A stretch of DNA of 64,000 nt from Nemertoderma westbladi (lineage: Eukaryota; Animalia; Xenacoelomorpha). Shown in pieces: positions 63,837-64,000 of the stretch. Below the pieces are notes generated by a model. That model saw only the letters and a list, made by a program, of their open reading frames with translations. It made no database searches and was not told the origin of the DNA. A program made the position numbers and the translations under genes. The stretch covers positions 2,771 through 66,770 of the forward strand of contig JAUCBJ010002996.1 in assembly GCA_032718475.1 (NCBI GenBank). The letters run 5' to 3'. The stretch's first letter is position 1. Each line of letters begins with the position of its first letter.

Positions 63837-64000
63837 AGGAGCCTGCGCGAACGCAAGCTCCAGCTAACACAAATTTAGCACCCGAGTTTCCTCGATTTGA
63901 GAAAATCGCAGGGGTCAACCCAAGCGGAGTGCAATGCAAGGGCCTCACCCTGGGGGAACCGCATTCTTGATCGTGGTTAACCCCTGTGCCAGGTAAGTAT
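63837..64000 (-). ncRNA. RNU1: U1 snRNA (canonical); its 5' end is at the window edge
   Basis: Appears identical to the 27779 copy, reverse strand. Confidence 0.97.

Overview
AT-rich, repeat-dense eukaryotic DNA, probably from an invertebrate animal. It contains a dispersed U1 snRNA cluster: four canonical copies (5' AUACUUACCUG) and a convergent pair of structurally conserved variant U1 genes whose splice-site-pairing end reads AUACUAACCUG, predicted to prefer GUUAGU donors. There is a young 11.5-kb non-autonomous BEL/Pao LTR retrotransposon (Gag-protease ORF, RT and integrase missing, 5-bp TSD) plus a partial sister copy. Its primer site has no tRNA-type TGG and is instead complementary to its own LTR, which suggests self-priming. 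Host genes have uninterrupted ORFs: AP2M1, a TRIM/RBCC protein, a 638-aa low-complexity protein and a small membrane protein. An LRAT/PLAAT-like gene is split by a MITE. Also present are RTE-like LINE fragments, tRNA-SINEs, several MITE/foldback elements, three satellites and a degenerate hammerhead motif. All calls were made by eye, with no database searches.
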